A DNA stretch of 63,698 bases, counting the filler. It is 15 parts of 15 records of this genome, joined end to end, with 100 filler letters (N's around TTAATTAATTAA, not from the genome) between each part and the next. Parts side by side here need not be neighbours in the genome. Positions count along the whole stretch, not along the records: positions 41,341 to 46,925 come from SRR15195285_3140; positions 47,026 to 51,589 come from SRR15195285_3149; positions 51,690 to 55,363 come from SRR15195285_3153; positions 55,464 to 60,420 come from SRR15195285_3155; 11 more parts are not named here. One strand, 5' to 3'. The translations under genes and the position numbers were made by a program. Below the pieces are notes generated by a model. That model was not told the origin of the DNA. It saw only the letters and a program-made list of their open reading frames with translations, and made no database searches. Shown in pieces: positions 44,501 to 55,722 of the stretch. How positions within the stretch are numbered: position 1 is the first letter of the stretch; each line of letters opens with the position of its first letter.

Positions 44501-46510
44501 CTTGCACACGGCAAAAGTTTGCTCAAAATGGCTTCAGATAAACACAATCACGTCTTCATCCAGGCACTGTTGGATGATTACCGCATGATGATTACTGCTG
44601 TGACGCGAGATGAGTACTCTAATAGCAACAGACCGCGCTACGATAATTTTGAGCCAATTGCAGAGGGTGATCTTGTTGATCTCTTCGCGTCGTTTCCGTT
44701 GGCTGCTGCCGCGTTTATGAAGAAGCTACAGCTGAGGCCAACCGCTGGGCTGTGGTCCGATAAGGAAATGACCCTTGACCACGTGCGAGCCAGGTCACTT
44801 GGCTCAGGGCATATGATCGTCAAGAGCAACACCGAAATGAACACCGAGCACTTTTGGTCCAAAAAGATGAAAGAGATGGTAGACGAGAGGAGGGCGTGCT
44901 GGTCGGATTGTTGGAAGTTGTTTGATCGGTTGCTCAAGCATGAGGTTGTAAAGAAGAAGACACCGTTCCAGACGCACCTCGTCCCAATTATGGCCAACAG
45001 AATTCCGAGGTCTCATGTGTACCTTCCATTTTCGGAGTTGCTGAAATCCAGTTACAACTACGCTGAGCATTACGACTCTGTAGATCTTTTCGACGCCCCG
45101 TCACTTCGTGCAGTCATACACCACAAGTGGGACAGGTGGCGGTCGATTTTCTTGGTTGCGGTCTATGGTTGTCTAGCATTTACCATTTGCCTTACTGCGG
45201 CTATCGTGGACGGCGAGAGAACCAACACAACCTTCTTCCAAATTTCACGCTGGTTCTGCCTGATTTGGGCTATTCTGATGGTCGTGTTCAAAGCCATACA
45301 GTTGCTTTTGCATACACATTCGTGGCGCTCACTCGTTCGTGGGCTCCTTTGGCACGTCAGCCTGATTGATGTGTACATCCACGCGGTTGGAATTTTCTCG
45401 ATGCTTGAGCTAATTATCGTAGGGCGGTCAGGTGTTCCTCCTGCAATGGAAGCTATATTACTCCTGCTCGCGTGGGCACGGGTCTGTCGGTTGCTGAAAG
45501 GATTTGAGAGTTTGTTCTTTACGATGAAGGTGATCCGAAACAACGTTTTGACGCTCATAGACTTTTGCATCGTTCTCATTGTGGCGTTATTCGCGTATGG
45601 GTTAGCGTTCTACACGATACTGCGTTCTTTCACCGCAGACGAGATCGTGCCGCCATCCCCAGGCTTTGGTCCGTTATTCACCCCAGGAGAACTCAATCAA
45701 TCATCGGTCATTGGCTCTGCGATTCACGCATTCGGAATGATGCAAGGCGAGTTCGACACGCAGGTGTTCGAGAGACCTTGGCGCAATGCCATGCAGGCCT
45801 CGACAACTGGGTTCTGGGAATGGGTCGATGGCTTCGTGCTGTTTTGCCTTTGGGCGAGTTTCATGCTGTTGGTTCCTATTGTGATGTTGAACATCCTGAT
45901 TGCCTCGATGCAGAACTCCTTCGATGCAGTATACGCTAAGAGGGACGCACATATGTTGATGGAACGGGCCGCCCTTATCCTGCAGCTGGAATCGTTGATC
46001 CATATGCCGCACAATATTGCAAACTCAGATGAGTCCAAGGGACATACCGGTCGCTGGAGAAGCAAGTTGACAGCAGATCAGATCGTGAACGCCCCACGAG
46101 GCGGCGAAAGCTGGCACTCTCGTGTGCGCAAGTGCTTCCGATCATCATATTATTTTATGATCGTCTGTTTGCCCAAACGTTGGCATACCGAAACGTCAGG
46201 GAACTTTCTTCATGTTCTGTCGTCGGCCCCATCGGGTCTACATGCAGGTGTGGAGCGGCAGTCGCTTCATCCGCCGGGCAGGGTAGAGAAAATGGGGCAA
46301 AAGCTCGAGCAGAAAATGGATGATGTACAAATGCTGCTCAAGCACGACGAGGTGGATGGTCGACAGACAGGCTATGCAGAGAGACTCGAGGAGAGACTCG
46401 AGCTCAAGCTCGATGCCCAGGCAAGTGAACTGTCAGGCATGAAGAGCAAGCTGGAGGGAATCGAGCAGCTATTGAGAAAGATCGGGGAGAGCAGCAGCAG
46501 AGAGCCGTAG
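41528..46510 (+). CDS. WD40-repeat-containing TRP-like cation channel
   Basis: GH...LTCSDDSTLRMWD-type WD40 repeats; ankyrin-like GMTLLHKLA; LRAVIHHKW pre-S1; six TMs, pore MMQGEFD, S6 IVMLNILIASMQNSF, TRP-box-like ERAALILQLE, C-terminal coiled coil; intronless. Confidence 0.85.
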   Translation: MAESGGDLTPTASAMEYEVGSAPLGSSSSSSSGAAANELAMSHAQLPGYVGDAADLRHVPAGVEPSPELEPESHDPLSSAAGDDTVSAAGSDPESAAAARAAVTSVNSTDLRRWSSADFHNQQIQAAVSFHGTDVSKKEERPVFTELHGHTGRTKTARAFVYNGREMALTCSDDSTLRMWDLSAPTRGTRRTEDEGTGNETENKTTGCETEDRKFRKFAPVFGCDNTELLEHRRSPTSFPEALGPFGIQETVLKPTINFQKFTYTLHRSELEKFGCLGEGEPQFQKSKELTDEEREQSKELTERRGALSKKLWTKLYAAAEDDSLEGRLSQPHRITLLPDERAPYGIPKDATHFLWGHQLNAVNEGVLTNEQITLLAGISSEASFVVNGGFVYVNMGREPSKKYVKEAEDSDWWTKPEWSGKWGPGNKWDPDEKRCTMHLNAVCATGLMTLHFGEKVPVEKKADIDEALKSMIHEERFQPVGIVPMREQGARFYCWLFPGETVGDSGWIPAPGGGFMYLSNNKEDWDKRDLGDDKEDWDKRAAILDDVGTSCFFFEHTVGHIQPVLSCCVLTTKREDWKAGVAIEPDYVLSCSEDGTMRIWDIETGVVKETIVVDDSQHAAVTDCCEFWDGDNSQRVLSCSEDKILRVWNLEQSKNKKNCQVTLKKQKELPGHTAKVLSCCTFECDGPKAVSTSANGEVSLWDLSDGKIIGLRNMKAGQHGPIRSCTVYRVYGQGDSLVGWRALTCGDDSNLTEWDLQNSELTCRSKLKGHTDTVLEVCTFGDPGKKWGVSCSEDGSTRVWQLADAPQEWKIDPPLRLDQVGSRGCTVSVSPKGSPKVLSCTGDIVRVWNLDLLGGVHSGAHLHDQAASIDTLADAVEDPGERLWKWWPHMKEYNHRAWARRLAQDTPGLKNSPEQTMKLLYGRHHDGMTLLHKLAEEPDGGYVLQYVLNYLAEDRRKVHDVGKMAASATGEKYAKFRIAEMSIGMVCRAGLAHGKSLLKMASDKHNHVFIQALLDDYRMMITAVTRDEYSNSNRPRYDNFEPIAEGDLVDLFASFPLAAAAFMKKLQLRPTAGLWSDKEMTLDHVRARSLGSGHMIVKSNTEMNTEHFWSKKMKEMVDERRACWSDCWKLFDRLLKHEVVKKKTPFQTHLVPIMANRIPRSHVYLPFSELLKSSYNYAEHYDSVDLFDAPSLRAVIHHKWDRWRSIFLVAVYGCLAFTICLTAAIVDGERTNTTFFQISRWFCLIWAILMVVFKAIQLLLHTHSWRSLVRGLLWHVSLIDVYIHAVGIFSMLELIIVGRSGVPPAMEAILLLLAWARVCRLLKGFESLFFTMKVIRNNVLTLIDFCIVLIVALFAYGLAFYTILRSFTADEIVPPSPGFGPLFTPGELNQSSVIGSAIHAFGMMQGEFDTQVFERPWRNAMQASTTGFWEWVDGFVLFCLWASFMLLVPIVMLNILIASMQNSFDAVYAKRDAHMLMERAALILQLESLIHMPHNIANSDESKGHTGRWRSKLTADQIVNAPRGGESWHSRVRKCFRSSYYFMIVCLPKRWHTETSGNFLHVLSSAPSGLHAGVERQSLHPPGRVEKMGQKLEQKMDDVQMLLKHDEVDGRQTGYAERLEERLELKLDAQASELSGMKSKLEGIEQLLRKIGESSSREP

Positions 46511-47776
46511 TGAGCCTTAAACAGCACCCAGAGAGGAAAACGGCTAGTAATAACAAAGATAATTCGCCTAGCAAGCCCCGTTTATACCGGGCTCGCTACC
46601 TCGCTTGGCTGTCGCTCGCGTTACTTGTGACGTCACCTACTCTACTCTCTAGAGTACAAAGCCAAGCGCCGGTGATCCCAGATCCTCCGTCCTAGGTCCC
46701 CAGCCGGATACATGTACTGTATCCGGTACTCGAGATACATGTACGGTACTACATGTACATGCTCGGGAACACAAAGTGACGAAGCAGCGACTCGAGGCGG
46801 TCAGCGGAGCGGCACTGTATTTCTCAGTGTGTTTTCCCTATCAAATCCAAGGCCGCCGGTGCCTCTACCGTGCCGGGAGCTGGCTGGACTGCTTGCCATA
46901 CTATTGACTGGTGAGGACTGGTCGCNNNNNNNNNNNNNNNNNNNNNNNNNNNNNNNNNNNNNNNNNNNNTTAATTAATTAANNNNNNNNNNNNNNNNNNN
47001 NNNNNNNNNNNNNNNNNNNNNNNNNTTCACTCCGCGGAGTGTTGAATTCTGACCCGACTCCTTCGCCTTTCAGGATTGAAAAATTCGCGCGGCGGCTCTC
47101 GAGGCGGGTTTTGATTGTTCTAGACATTCACAGACTGTAGAGTAGGGAGAATGCACTAAGGAATCCAGTGGACCTCTCTGACCGTCTCGAGTCGCTGCAT
47201 TTTTCACTGCGATTTCATGGTCATTACGCCTGGAATCGGGAGCTTCTTTGCGATATTCCGAGTCGAATAAAATGCATGCGTCGGTCTGCAAAGTACATAC
47301 TTGTCAAAACACGGTATATTGAATTGAGTACACATTTTGGACGTTTACTTCACTAATTCTGCAGAAGAACACTGAGGATGTGATTATGAAATTGAATATG
47401 AGCAGGCGGGGGGTACTTTGTGGCCACTTGCAGGTGTGCCCAGCCGCTTGCCACCCCCCCCCCCCCTACCCCCTGCACCTCTCCCAGCCCCTTCTTGCTC
47501 CCGCCCTTCTGTGGCTGCTTGTGCGTTGGTTGGTTAGCTAGCTGCGAGCCCTGGGGTTGCTACGCTGGGCAGGGTTTTGGGCTGGCGGGTTGCGGCGAAA
47601 TCGCGAAAGAAATCGCGAAGGCCTTGCTTGCGCTGTGTTTGTTGTTGTTGGTTGAAGGGAAGGGTTGCGCTGCGCTGATAGGGCGTGGTCTGTGTGCGTC
47701 TGGATATGTCGGCGTGCGTGCGTGCGTGTGTGTGTGGTCCGCAGGGAGGAGCTGTTCGTGTGTGTGTGCGTGTGTG

Positions 47777-48557
47777 ATGTCCGCCGAGGAGGCCGCGCCG
47801 CAACCAGAGCCGCAACCGGCGGGCGAGGATGACCCCGCCCCGGAGGAAGAGGTCACTGCGCAGTGGGAGTCCAAGTACAAGGACCTGAAGGAGGTGAAGG
47901 TCGAGTCCGGCGAGGAGGAGGACGACATCCTGTTTAAGATGCGATGCAAGCTCTTTCACTTTCTGAAGGCGGAGGAAAAGTACGGCGGTCAGATGGAGTG
48001 GAAGGAGAAGGGAGTTGGTGAGCCCCTCTCTCTCTCCCTCTCCCTCCCTCTCTCACGCACTCGCTGCATCTCCGCCCGCCGAGCCCAGCTGCTTGCGTTG
48101 GGGGTGCGCTGAGCTCGCGCTGGTCGCCACAGGTGATGTCAAGCTGCTCAAAAACCGCAAGACGGCCAAGATCCGCCTCCTGATGCGGCGGGAGAAGACG
48201 CTGAAGATCGTGGCGAACCACTTAGTCATAGACGACGGCAAGGGCACCTACAACCTGAAGGAGCACCCGTCGTCCGATCGCTCCTGGACATACACGGCCC
48301 AGGACTTCTCGGAAGGCGAGACGAAGCTGACCACCTTCGCGATCCGGTTCGCCAACGCTGACAGTAAGTCCCGGCTGCCTCCTGCCTGTCGCAAATCCTG
48401 CTGACCAGACAGCTCCGTGTGCCGTGGCTGACGGCAACTCTGCTGCTGTGCAGACGCCAACACTTTCAAGGCGAAGTACGAAGAATGCCAAGGAGAGCAG
48501 AAGGGTGGTGATGGAGCCGCGGCGGAGGAGGAGGAGAGTGACGACGACGATCTTTGA
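47777..48557 (+). CDS. RANBP1: Ran-binding protein 1 (exons 47777-48017, 48133-48363, 48454-48557)
   Basis: VKVESGEEEDDILFKMRCKLFHF, EWKEKGVGDVKLLK, IRLLMRREKTLKIVANH, SDRSWTY..DFSEGE, FAIRF; GT-AG introns keep frame. Confidence 0.95.
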
Positions 48558-48849
48558 CGCCCGAAACATCGGGCAGGAGCGCAGTTGCTGTGTCTGAAAA
48601 GCGCGGCTGCAGTCCGCCAGATCAGCTGGATCGCCAGCCGGCAGGCTGTGACTGTGTGGCGTTTTGTGTCGCGTCGTGTTGTTCGAAGCGCTTGTGGCGG
48701 GAGAGAAGCCGGGCACAGGGCGTGAAGGCCGGTGGACGAACGCCTGAAATGAACACGTTTGGCACACAAAGGAATTCATTGTAGAATGTCTCCAATCGAA
48801 ACACATGGTGCACAAGCGTGTCGTGTCGCGGCGGGCACCGCTAAACGTG

Positions 48850-51589
48850 CTATCTCGATGCCTGGCCCGTGCTGACTCGAGTAAGGCCAGGCTTGCCGCT
48901 GCGGCATTTCTTGGGATTCTGCAGGGCGCCGACGATAGCGAGGAACTCCGGCCATCCGATGGCCACAGCTCCCTTCATGTCGCGATCTATATCGCCCAAA
49001 TGACACGGCTCCATATTATCATGCGCGGGGTCCTCGAGCTCGTACTTGTTGGACTTGCGATTTCTCGCTCGCTCCTCTCGTGGCTGCCAGACCCGGTCCT
49101 CCCACTCCTTGGCGTCGTCGGTGCCCTCTGAAGGAACTTCATACAGCCCACAGAGCTTCAGCGCGACCAGCACCTCACTCGTAAACAGGTAGCCCGTTTG
49201 GTGCCGGCACTTGATCGACTTCTCCCCTAGAGCCTCCTGATCCTTCGAAAAGGGATCCATCATAGTCCAAGCCTCCTTGAGTATCAGCACCTCGGCTTCA
49301 TCAAGGTAGTCGAAACCGTCTGATTCCGTGTTTATGTCGGCCTCCTTGAGGTGCCAGCCGTCTGCGGAGAGAAGCGAGTGCATCTCCCACGGGTACGAGT
49401 ACTTGTCACGGTACAGCTGGTCCACATCCGCCGCGCAGATCGTCTCAAGGGGCTTGGTGGAGTCATCATCCACTTCCACAACCACAACTACCGCCGGCAC
49501 TTGGTGCATCGGGAGCTTCTCTGCGCACCAGTAGAGGCATTGGTCAGCCAAATTTACCCCTCTGACCTCCTGGCCCGGCTTGCACTGCAAGGCGAGCACC
49601 ATCCGTGTGCCGACTTTTGTAGAGACTGCCAGCGCTTTGTGCGTGCAGCCCTCCGGTGCACCTGGAATGCGCGTGGCGATCCCACGCTCAGTCAATTCCT
49701 TGGCGAAGTTCGGACGTTCAAGCGACTCCGCCTTCCGATTGAGGATCCCAATGGCATCCTCAACGGCCTTGTCCAACGACTGGGCGCGTATCTTGATTCC
49801 GCGAGACTGCCATGACTGGCTGGCGGCAAACGTTGCTGCTTCGATACGGCCTAGATTGTCCGGGTCGTCCTTGTACTCGGGCTTACGGCTGACAACGTTC
49901 AGAAGCTGCTCGCAATGCATCCCCGCTTCCCATACGACTACTTTGACTCCAGGCTCGAGGGGTTCCGTCAGGCTGCCGCTTTGAGGTGGCCTCGCTGGAG
50001 ATTGGTTTAGATAGCCCGGCAAGATCTCAGGGGACGACGGTGGCGGTTCAATAGCCGGGGTGGTGACGGGTGATGGCACAACTGCAGCCGTGGGCACCAA
50101 GGTCAGTGGGCCTGACGCTCCAGGTACACCCGTGAAAGGATCTTGGATTGCCTTGATGAATTGCTTGACTCGCTTGACATCCGTCTTTGTCTTGACTTTC
50201 AGCTGCTCCATCTTCTTTTCCTTGACGGGGTTCTCGTTGCCGGCCTTGCGCATCGATTGCAGTAGCACTGCCTCAAGAACAGCAAGGTAGTGGACCTCAA
50301 TCTCCTCTTCCAATCTGTCTTCTCTGCCGTCGCCCAGAATCCCACAGAACATCCGCTTCAGCTTCATACCGAGGCTCTCTACCGAAGTCGGGTACAAACG
50401 CTCACGCTCACGAAGCTCGGTCTGCACGCCCTTGAACCACTCTTCCCACAGCGGGTGAACCTCACCTTTCTTCCACGTGCGCACAGCTGGCAAGTCTTGC
50501 TCCTCGGCAGTACTTTCCACATTAGTCCATTCTGGGTGCGGCACTAGACTCCCAGAGTCAAACTTCTTCAAGTCTTCAGGGGTGACGTTGACACCCTGGA
50601 CCAACTCGCGCGGCTTGAGTCCTTCCTCCCGTGAGGTTTGGTCCTGTTTCTTGATGATTTCTCTGCTCGACCCTAGATCCCGCTCGTCGGCCTTTTTCAC
50701 GAACGTGCTGATTACGGCCTCCTTCGAGCCACCCGTCTTGAGTACGAGCTCACAGCTTGGAGCTAGATTGTTCCCTTTGAGCTCATGAATGTCCTCGTCT
50801 AGCTTGACTAGCTTCTGCATTGTGTCGTCCGCCTTAGCGAAATCCTTCGCTCGCACCGCCGAGTCCCACTGCCTCGTCAGCCCCTCTCTGAATAAGTCGC
50901 TTTCGACTACTCGCAGTTCGGTCAAAATCTCTTCCGCCCTGCGGAAGTGTTCCTGCTTCAGCGAAATTTCTGTGGCCTCGTCGTACTTCTTCATCTCTTC
51001 GCGATGTTCACGGTCCAGCTTCTCGCTCATCTGCTCTTGGCCCGCAAAAAGCCCAACGTCCTTGAGCACCTGGCGAATGTTGACCTTGTTCTTTCCACCT
51101 TTGATCATGATCGCGTGCGGTTCGTCGTGGATGAGCGCATGTGCCCGCCACACTTTCTGGAAAACAATCATGTTGTCCAACGAGATGCTGAGGCCACTTT
51201 CGCGCTGGCAAGCTCCGAATTCGTCGATGATGACAGCTACGAACATATTCGTCAAGATGTAGACTGCGAAGAAAAAGAAAGTGAAGAAGTATAGGAACGC
51301 AACTGTCGAGCCAGTTTCTCCCTCTACTTCGTACATGACGATCTTCCAGTCTTTGCCTGCAGAACACTCAAAAAGAAGCTTCATGGATTCCACGTAACTG
51401 TGGAAATTGCTTTGTCTGTTCTGCTGCACCTGGCCGAACTCGTGCAGCTTGATATATAATGGCGCTCCGCCGAAGATCTGCATCCCCAGGATGGAGTAGA
51501 GCGAGAACAGTAGCAGCAGGAGCGCACAAATGTTGACTGATGGCTTAACAGAGTTGATCAAAGTACGGAACAACGCTTGCAGACCCTTC
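48850..51589 (-). CDS. Four-domain voltage-gated Ca/Na-type channel: last repeat S5-P-S6 plus long C-tail, 5' partial
   Basis: KGLQALFRTLINS..YSILGMQIFG, NFHSY..LLFECSAGKDW, YFFTF..NMFVAVIIDEF, then EF-like FQKVW, all matching Cav/Nav domain IV. Confidence 0.85.
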
Positions 51590-51689
51590 NNNNNNNNNNN
51601 NNNNNNNNNNNNNNNNNNNNNNNNNNNNNNNNNTTAATTAATTAANNNNNNNNNNNNNNNNNNNNNNNNNNNNNNNNNNNNNNNNNNNN

Positions 51690-53279
51690 AGCAGCAGCAG
51701 CAGCAGCAGCAGCGAAGAGGATGACGACAGCGATGCCGTCCAAGGAGGCGAGGTCAGCTCATCGGACGTGGAGCTCGACGATATTGATGAAGTTGACGAA
51801 GAAGAAGTCGCCACAGCATGTTCAGCTGCAGCCACGTACGATCTGCAGGTGCAAGAGCCAATGACGCCGCTGGAGCTGCCGAGCGTCGTGCTTGCTGGAA
51901 TCCTAGCGCGCTGTGGCGTGCGCCAGGCCGCAATCGCTGCGCGTACGTGCCGCACGTGGGCCGCCGCGTTCCGCTCACCCTCTGCATGGGGAAGTCTTGA
52001 TTTTGAGCAGCTGTTTAGCTGTCAACGCAACCATTGGGTCTGCGAGGACCTGGGTCATCAGGTTGGCGAGATTGGCGACGATGGTGGCAGCGAGCTACCG
52101 AGCGCGATGCGGTCTTTCTGCGCTTTCATGCTTAGAGACGCGGGCTGCCGGCTTTCGCAGGTCACGAAAATCCGCATCCGTGCTAGTCGATACGATCGCT
52201 GGACTTCCAACCCATCCTTGTGTGAAGTCCCAAGCTCGGTGCTGCTGCGCTTGATTTCGAGTGCCAACCTTATCGAAGATCTTCATATCAGTGGGTGGGT
52301 CAGTGGCAACTCTGTCCAGATCGGGAGCCTGCTTCGGCTCCACAAGTGCTGTATGGTGGTTGCCATGCAAGACCGATCGTGGTTGAGAGTATTTGGTGGA
52401 CTTGGGGGTGTCCGCGAGCTGCATTTGAGGCTGCGCTTTGCTGGAGATTGGGACGACACTACAGCTGTGACGGGTCGTCTCACTGGCCAGCTCAACTGCA
52501 TGCCACAGCTTCAAAAACTTACGCTGAGCTCCATTGATGCGGCACCTCTGGCCAGCTTGGGGACGGCTGTAGAGACTTTCGGGTCTACCGGGACAGATGG
52601 GGGCATCCGGGTGGAGCGGCCCGTTGGCTTGGCTCTGACCGGGCTTGTGCTACCAGCGCTGCGCACGCTTTCTATTTCAGCGTGCAAGCCTTGTTACCAA
52701 CTGTGCCGACTTGGATCCTGCTCACTCCCAGCGCTAGAGGACGCAGTACTTCGATGGAATCTGACGAACACGACCAACGTACTCGTGATGATGAAACAGC
52801 TTCTGAAAGTTTGCTCGGCTTTCGGACCAACGCAGTGCCCGGCTCTGCGGCAACTCACTGTCCTCATTGATGTGGATATGCCAGACGATGTGTCAACTTC
52901 ACTCGGTGTGTTGGGGATGTCGCTACTCGATGTCAATGTTCCCATGCTGGTTCTGAGCACAGCAGAGTCACTCAAAGCTGCGATTGCGTGTGGCGATGTT
53001 GGACAACCGCCGTCGGCTCGGCAGTGTGACGACGCTGCTAGAGGTTTGCAGATGGCTACAGGAGATTCAGGACAACGACCAGGAGTGCCAGTTGCTCGAT
53101 CTCACCAACCACACGAGACAGTAGCACCTCCCCAAACGCGTACAGTACAGCTGGACGTAACAGACTATCTTGGTGCACGGGACCATCCTCCAGCGTGCGG
53201 TTTTTGCTCAGGAGAATTCTCGCATATGTGGTACTGCCTGACGTTCACCGTTAGCAGCGATCCAGCTGGCAATAAATGA
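51690..53279 (+). CDS. F-box + LRR-like protein, 5' partial
   Basis: LELPSVVLAGILARCGVRQAAIAARTCRTW..SPSAWGSLDF (F-box); MPQLQKLTL, LPALRTLSI, LPALE, CPALRQL (LRR-like). Confidence 0.72.
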   Translation, partial: SSSSSSSSEEDDDSDAVQGGEVSSSDVELDDIDEVDEEEVATACSAAATYDLQVQEPMTPLELPSVVLAGILARCGVRQAAIAARTCRTWAAAFRSPSAWGSLDFEQLFSCQRNHWVCEDLGHQVGEIGDDGGSELPSAMRSFCAFMLRDAGCRLSQVTKIRIRASRYDRWTSNPSLCEVPSSVLLRLISSANLIEDLHISGWVSGNSVQIGSLLRLHKCCMVVAMQDRSWLRVFGGLGGVRELHLRLRFAGDWDDTTAVTGRLTGQLNCMPQLQKLTLSSIDAAPLASLGTAVETFGSTGTDGGIRVERPVGLALTGLVLPALRTLSISACKPCYQLCRLGSCSLPALEDAVLRWNLTNTTNVLVMMKQLLKVCSAFGPTQCPALRQLTVLIDVDMPDDVSTSLGVLGMSLLDVNVPMLVLSTAESLKAAIACGDVGQPPSARQCDDAARGLQMATGDSGQRPGVPVARSHQPHETVAPPQTRTVQLDVTDYLGARDHPPACGFCSGEFSHMWYCLTFTVSSDPAGNK

Positions 53280-53309
53280 TCGCAGTGACAGCGGCAATGA
53301 ATTGAAATG

Positions 53310-55219
53310 CTACTTTCCTTTCGCGTTTGCGTGAGCACCGAACCCACAAACCATAGAGAATGAGCGGCAATCATCGCCCCAATTGCACTCGGCCCTCCGA
53401 TCGCCATACCTGCACCACACTGTGTTGAGAATAGACTGCAAGCTAGTGCGTCACTCATACTACACAAGATCATCTGCAAGTAGACCACTAGTACGGGTTT
53501 TTAAGCACTGGAATTTCTGGATTGTGAGCACACCTGCATTTGCATGGCATAGCAGCATTGTATAGCGCAACGGGGTTTGCTTTCCCGTCGTTTGAGAGCA
53601 ATATTTGTGGGGCCTCACGCCGTCCCAGCTGCGGGCGAGGCTGTGCAACGGAACCTGACCAGTTAGCAAACAGGGTGTAGGCAACCTGAGGTGTTGACCA
53701 GGTACGACCATCTCCAGAAACAGAGTGAATCCCAACCTGCCGTTCAGAAACCACACGTGCGTCCATCAATCTACGCAATATTTTGCCAAGGCAAAACTGA
53801 CATACATCGCAACTATCTTATGCTAGGCGTACATTAAACGTAGGTGCTGGTGGAAGTTCCCCTGCAACAGACTCCTGCGGTGTCAGTATGCTACCAGGTC
53901 CGATGTTCTATGGTCCATGTACATTTCACGTCGTACAATTATGAGCAACGAAATGGACAGACTCACCGTGCGCAATCATGTGTATGATGCCATTCGCGTC
54001 GACGTACAGTGTAGGATCTTCTGCGTAACCGCTGACTGCACGAGCCAGGACCAAAAACGTGGTGGGCCAAGAAGCAGACTCTGCCGGCATGCAAGGGCCT
54101 AGCGCCGCCAGCTGCAACTCACACAGAGGTTCATCATAAAGATGCGTATAGGGACCCTTCCAATGTGGGGCGATCGCCACACCGACGCCACCTCGGCCTT
54201 TTCCATTGCCCCGGTATGCAAGCAGGACGGATCCATTCGGGTATATCACCGCAGCTGGATTGCTCACGCGCGTCGAATCCCACTTTCCTGCACGAGTACT
54301 AAGAATCGGCCCACCGTCGAACAGCGTGTAGCGTCTACTAGTCGCATTCCTAGTATAGGCGTAGTTTTGTTGAGTGCAGAAACGAATGGACGTTTAGCCT
54401 TAGCGCTGACAGAAGACATTCGATGACCCGTACCGGTATGCAACTCCAATCCGTTGTGCATTCGCCAACTTCTCTGAGTCAGGTTGGGGCTGGTCGCCGT
54501 CTGTGCAATTGAGGGCATGGTCGCCCGACACCCACGCGCCAGTGAAGAAGAGCAAACTACCTCCACCTGCACTTTTTGGCAGCTCAACGACATTCGGATC
54601 TTCGACCTCTGTGGCATCAAACCTGCATGCATCGAGCCACGCAACGATGATTCACCAGCACTTCAACCACCCTGAAGTGGAAAAACCACTAAGCGTGCGT
54701 TGTGGTCATCATGTACGGACTCACAGTGGAGGCAGCCCCGGCTCGAATTTGCCTGCGACAGCGAATGGGTTGAAAGGAGTGGGCGATACCGCCTGCAGTA
54801 TATCCGCGTTGTACCGGTCTGCGTGCGTGAGAATCGATTGGATCAGAGTCTGTGCTCGATACGCAGCACTGTACACTGTGGGCGACAGCCATGAACGCAC
54901 AGTTGTTGATTCCGCAGCGGTTGCGCAGACCCATGGCCATGACCTCTACCGTGCCCGCCGCAGTCCAGCGTGGCGCAGCACCCCAAGTCCACGTTTGGTT
55001 CGGGTTTACGGCGATCGAGCACTCGCCTAGTGCCAGTGCGCAGCAAGATCTTCCTGTGTAGCCTTGATCGCACGCGCAGACACCGCCCGAGCAGGGAGAC
55101 CCACAACAGTCTAGCGGACTTCGACATGTCTCGTTTGGTGGGATGGCTGTGATACCTACTGCAGCATTTGACAGCTGCACCAGCACCAGCAGCGCGGCTG
55201 GTGCAGCAACGGCGACCAT
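53310..55219 (-). CDS. Secreted EGF-like + GH43-clan-like beta-propeller protein, multi-exon; paralog of 12844-14688
   Basis: Signal peptide MVAVAAPAALLVLVQ; CACDQGYTGRSC; WTWG, CGINN, VSNPAAVIYPNGSVLLAYRG, WKGPY, AEDPTLY, RREAPQIL..LYNA. Confidence 0.75.
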
Positions 55220-55722
55220 ATGTCGGTCGCCGGGGAACGTAGAAAGCTTCGTTTGCCCGCCGGGAGTACGACTATATACGAGCGTAGCAGACAACACAGC
55301 ACACTGATTCCGCGCGTCGCTCTAGCGATCGATCTGCTACCTACGGCTGCGCTGGCCGCCACGNNNNNNNNNNNNNNNNNNNNNNNNNNNNNNNNNNNNN
55401 NNNNNNNTTAATTAATTAANNNNNNNNNNNNNNNNNNNNNNNNNNNNNNNNNNNNNNNNNNNNAATGTGATTATTTCAACTGTAATACTATTGATCAATA
55501 GTACATACGTACTCGACATACATGTACTTGATGGGCCAGCTGGCGGGAGCGGGGCCGCGCCGGTGCTGCATGCCGGGCGTGCGGCCGCGCGCGCGCGAGC
55601 GACGAGGGACCGCCGAATCGCCGAATCGGAGGAACCGCAAGTAATTCCACGATGGAGACGCCGCCCACAAGAAAACACACACCGCACAACGCTGCTCCAG
55701 GGTCCGGCACACCGTGTACAGC

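Noticed and set aside
51690-51713. CAG microsatellite (also 41603-41621)
   Set aside because: Ordinary low-complexity poly-Ser coding tract.
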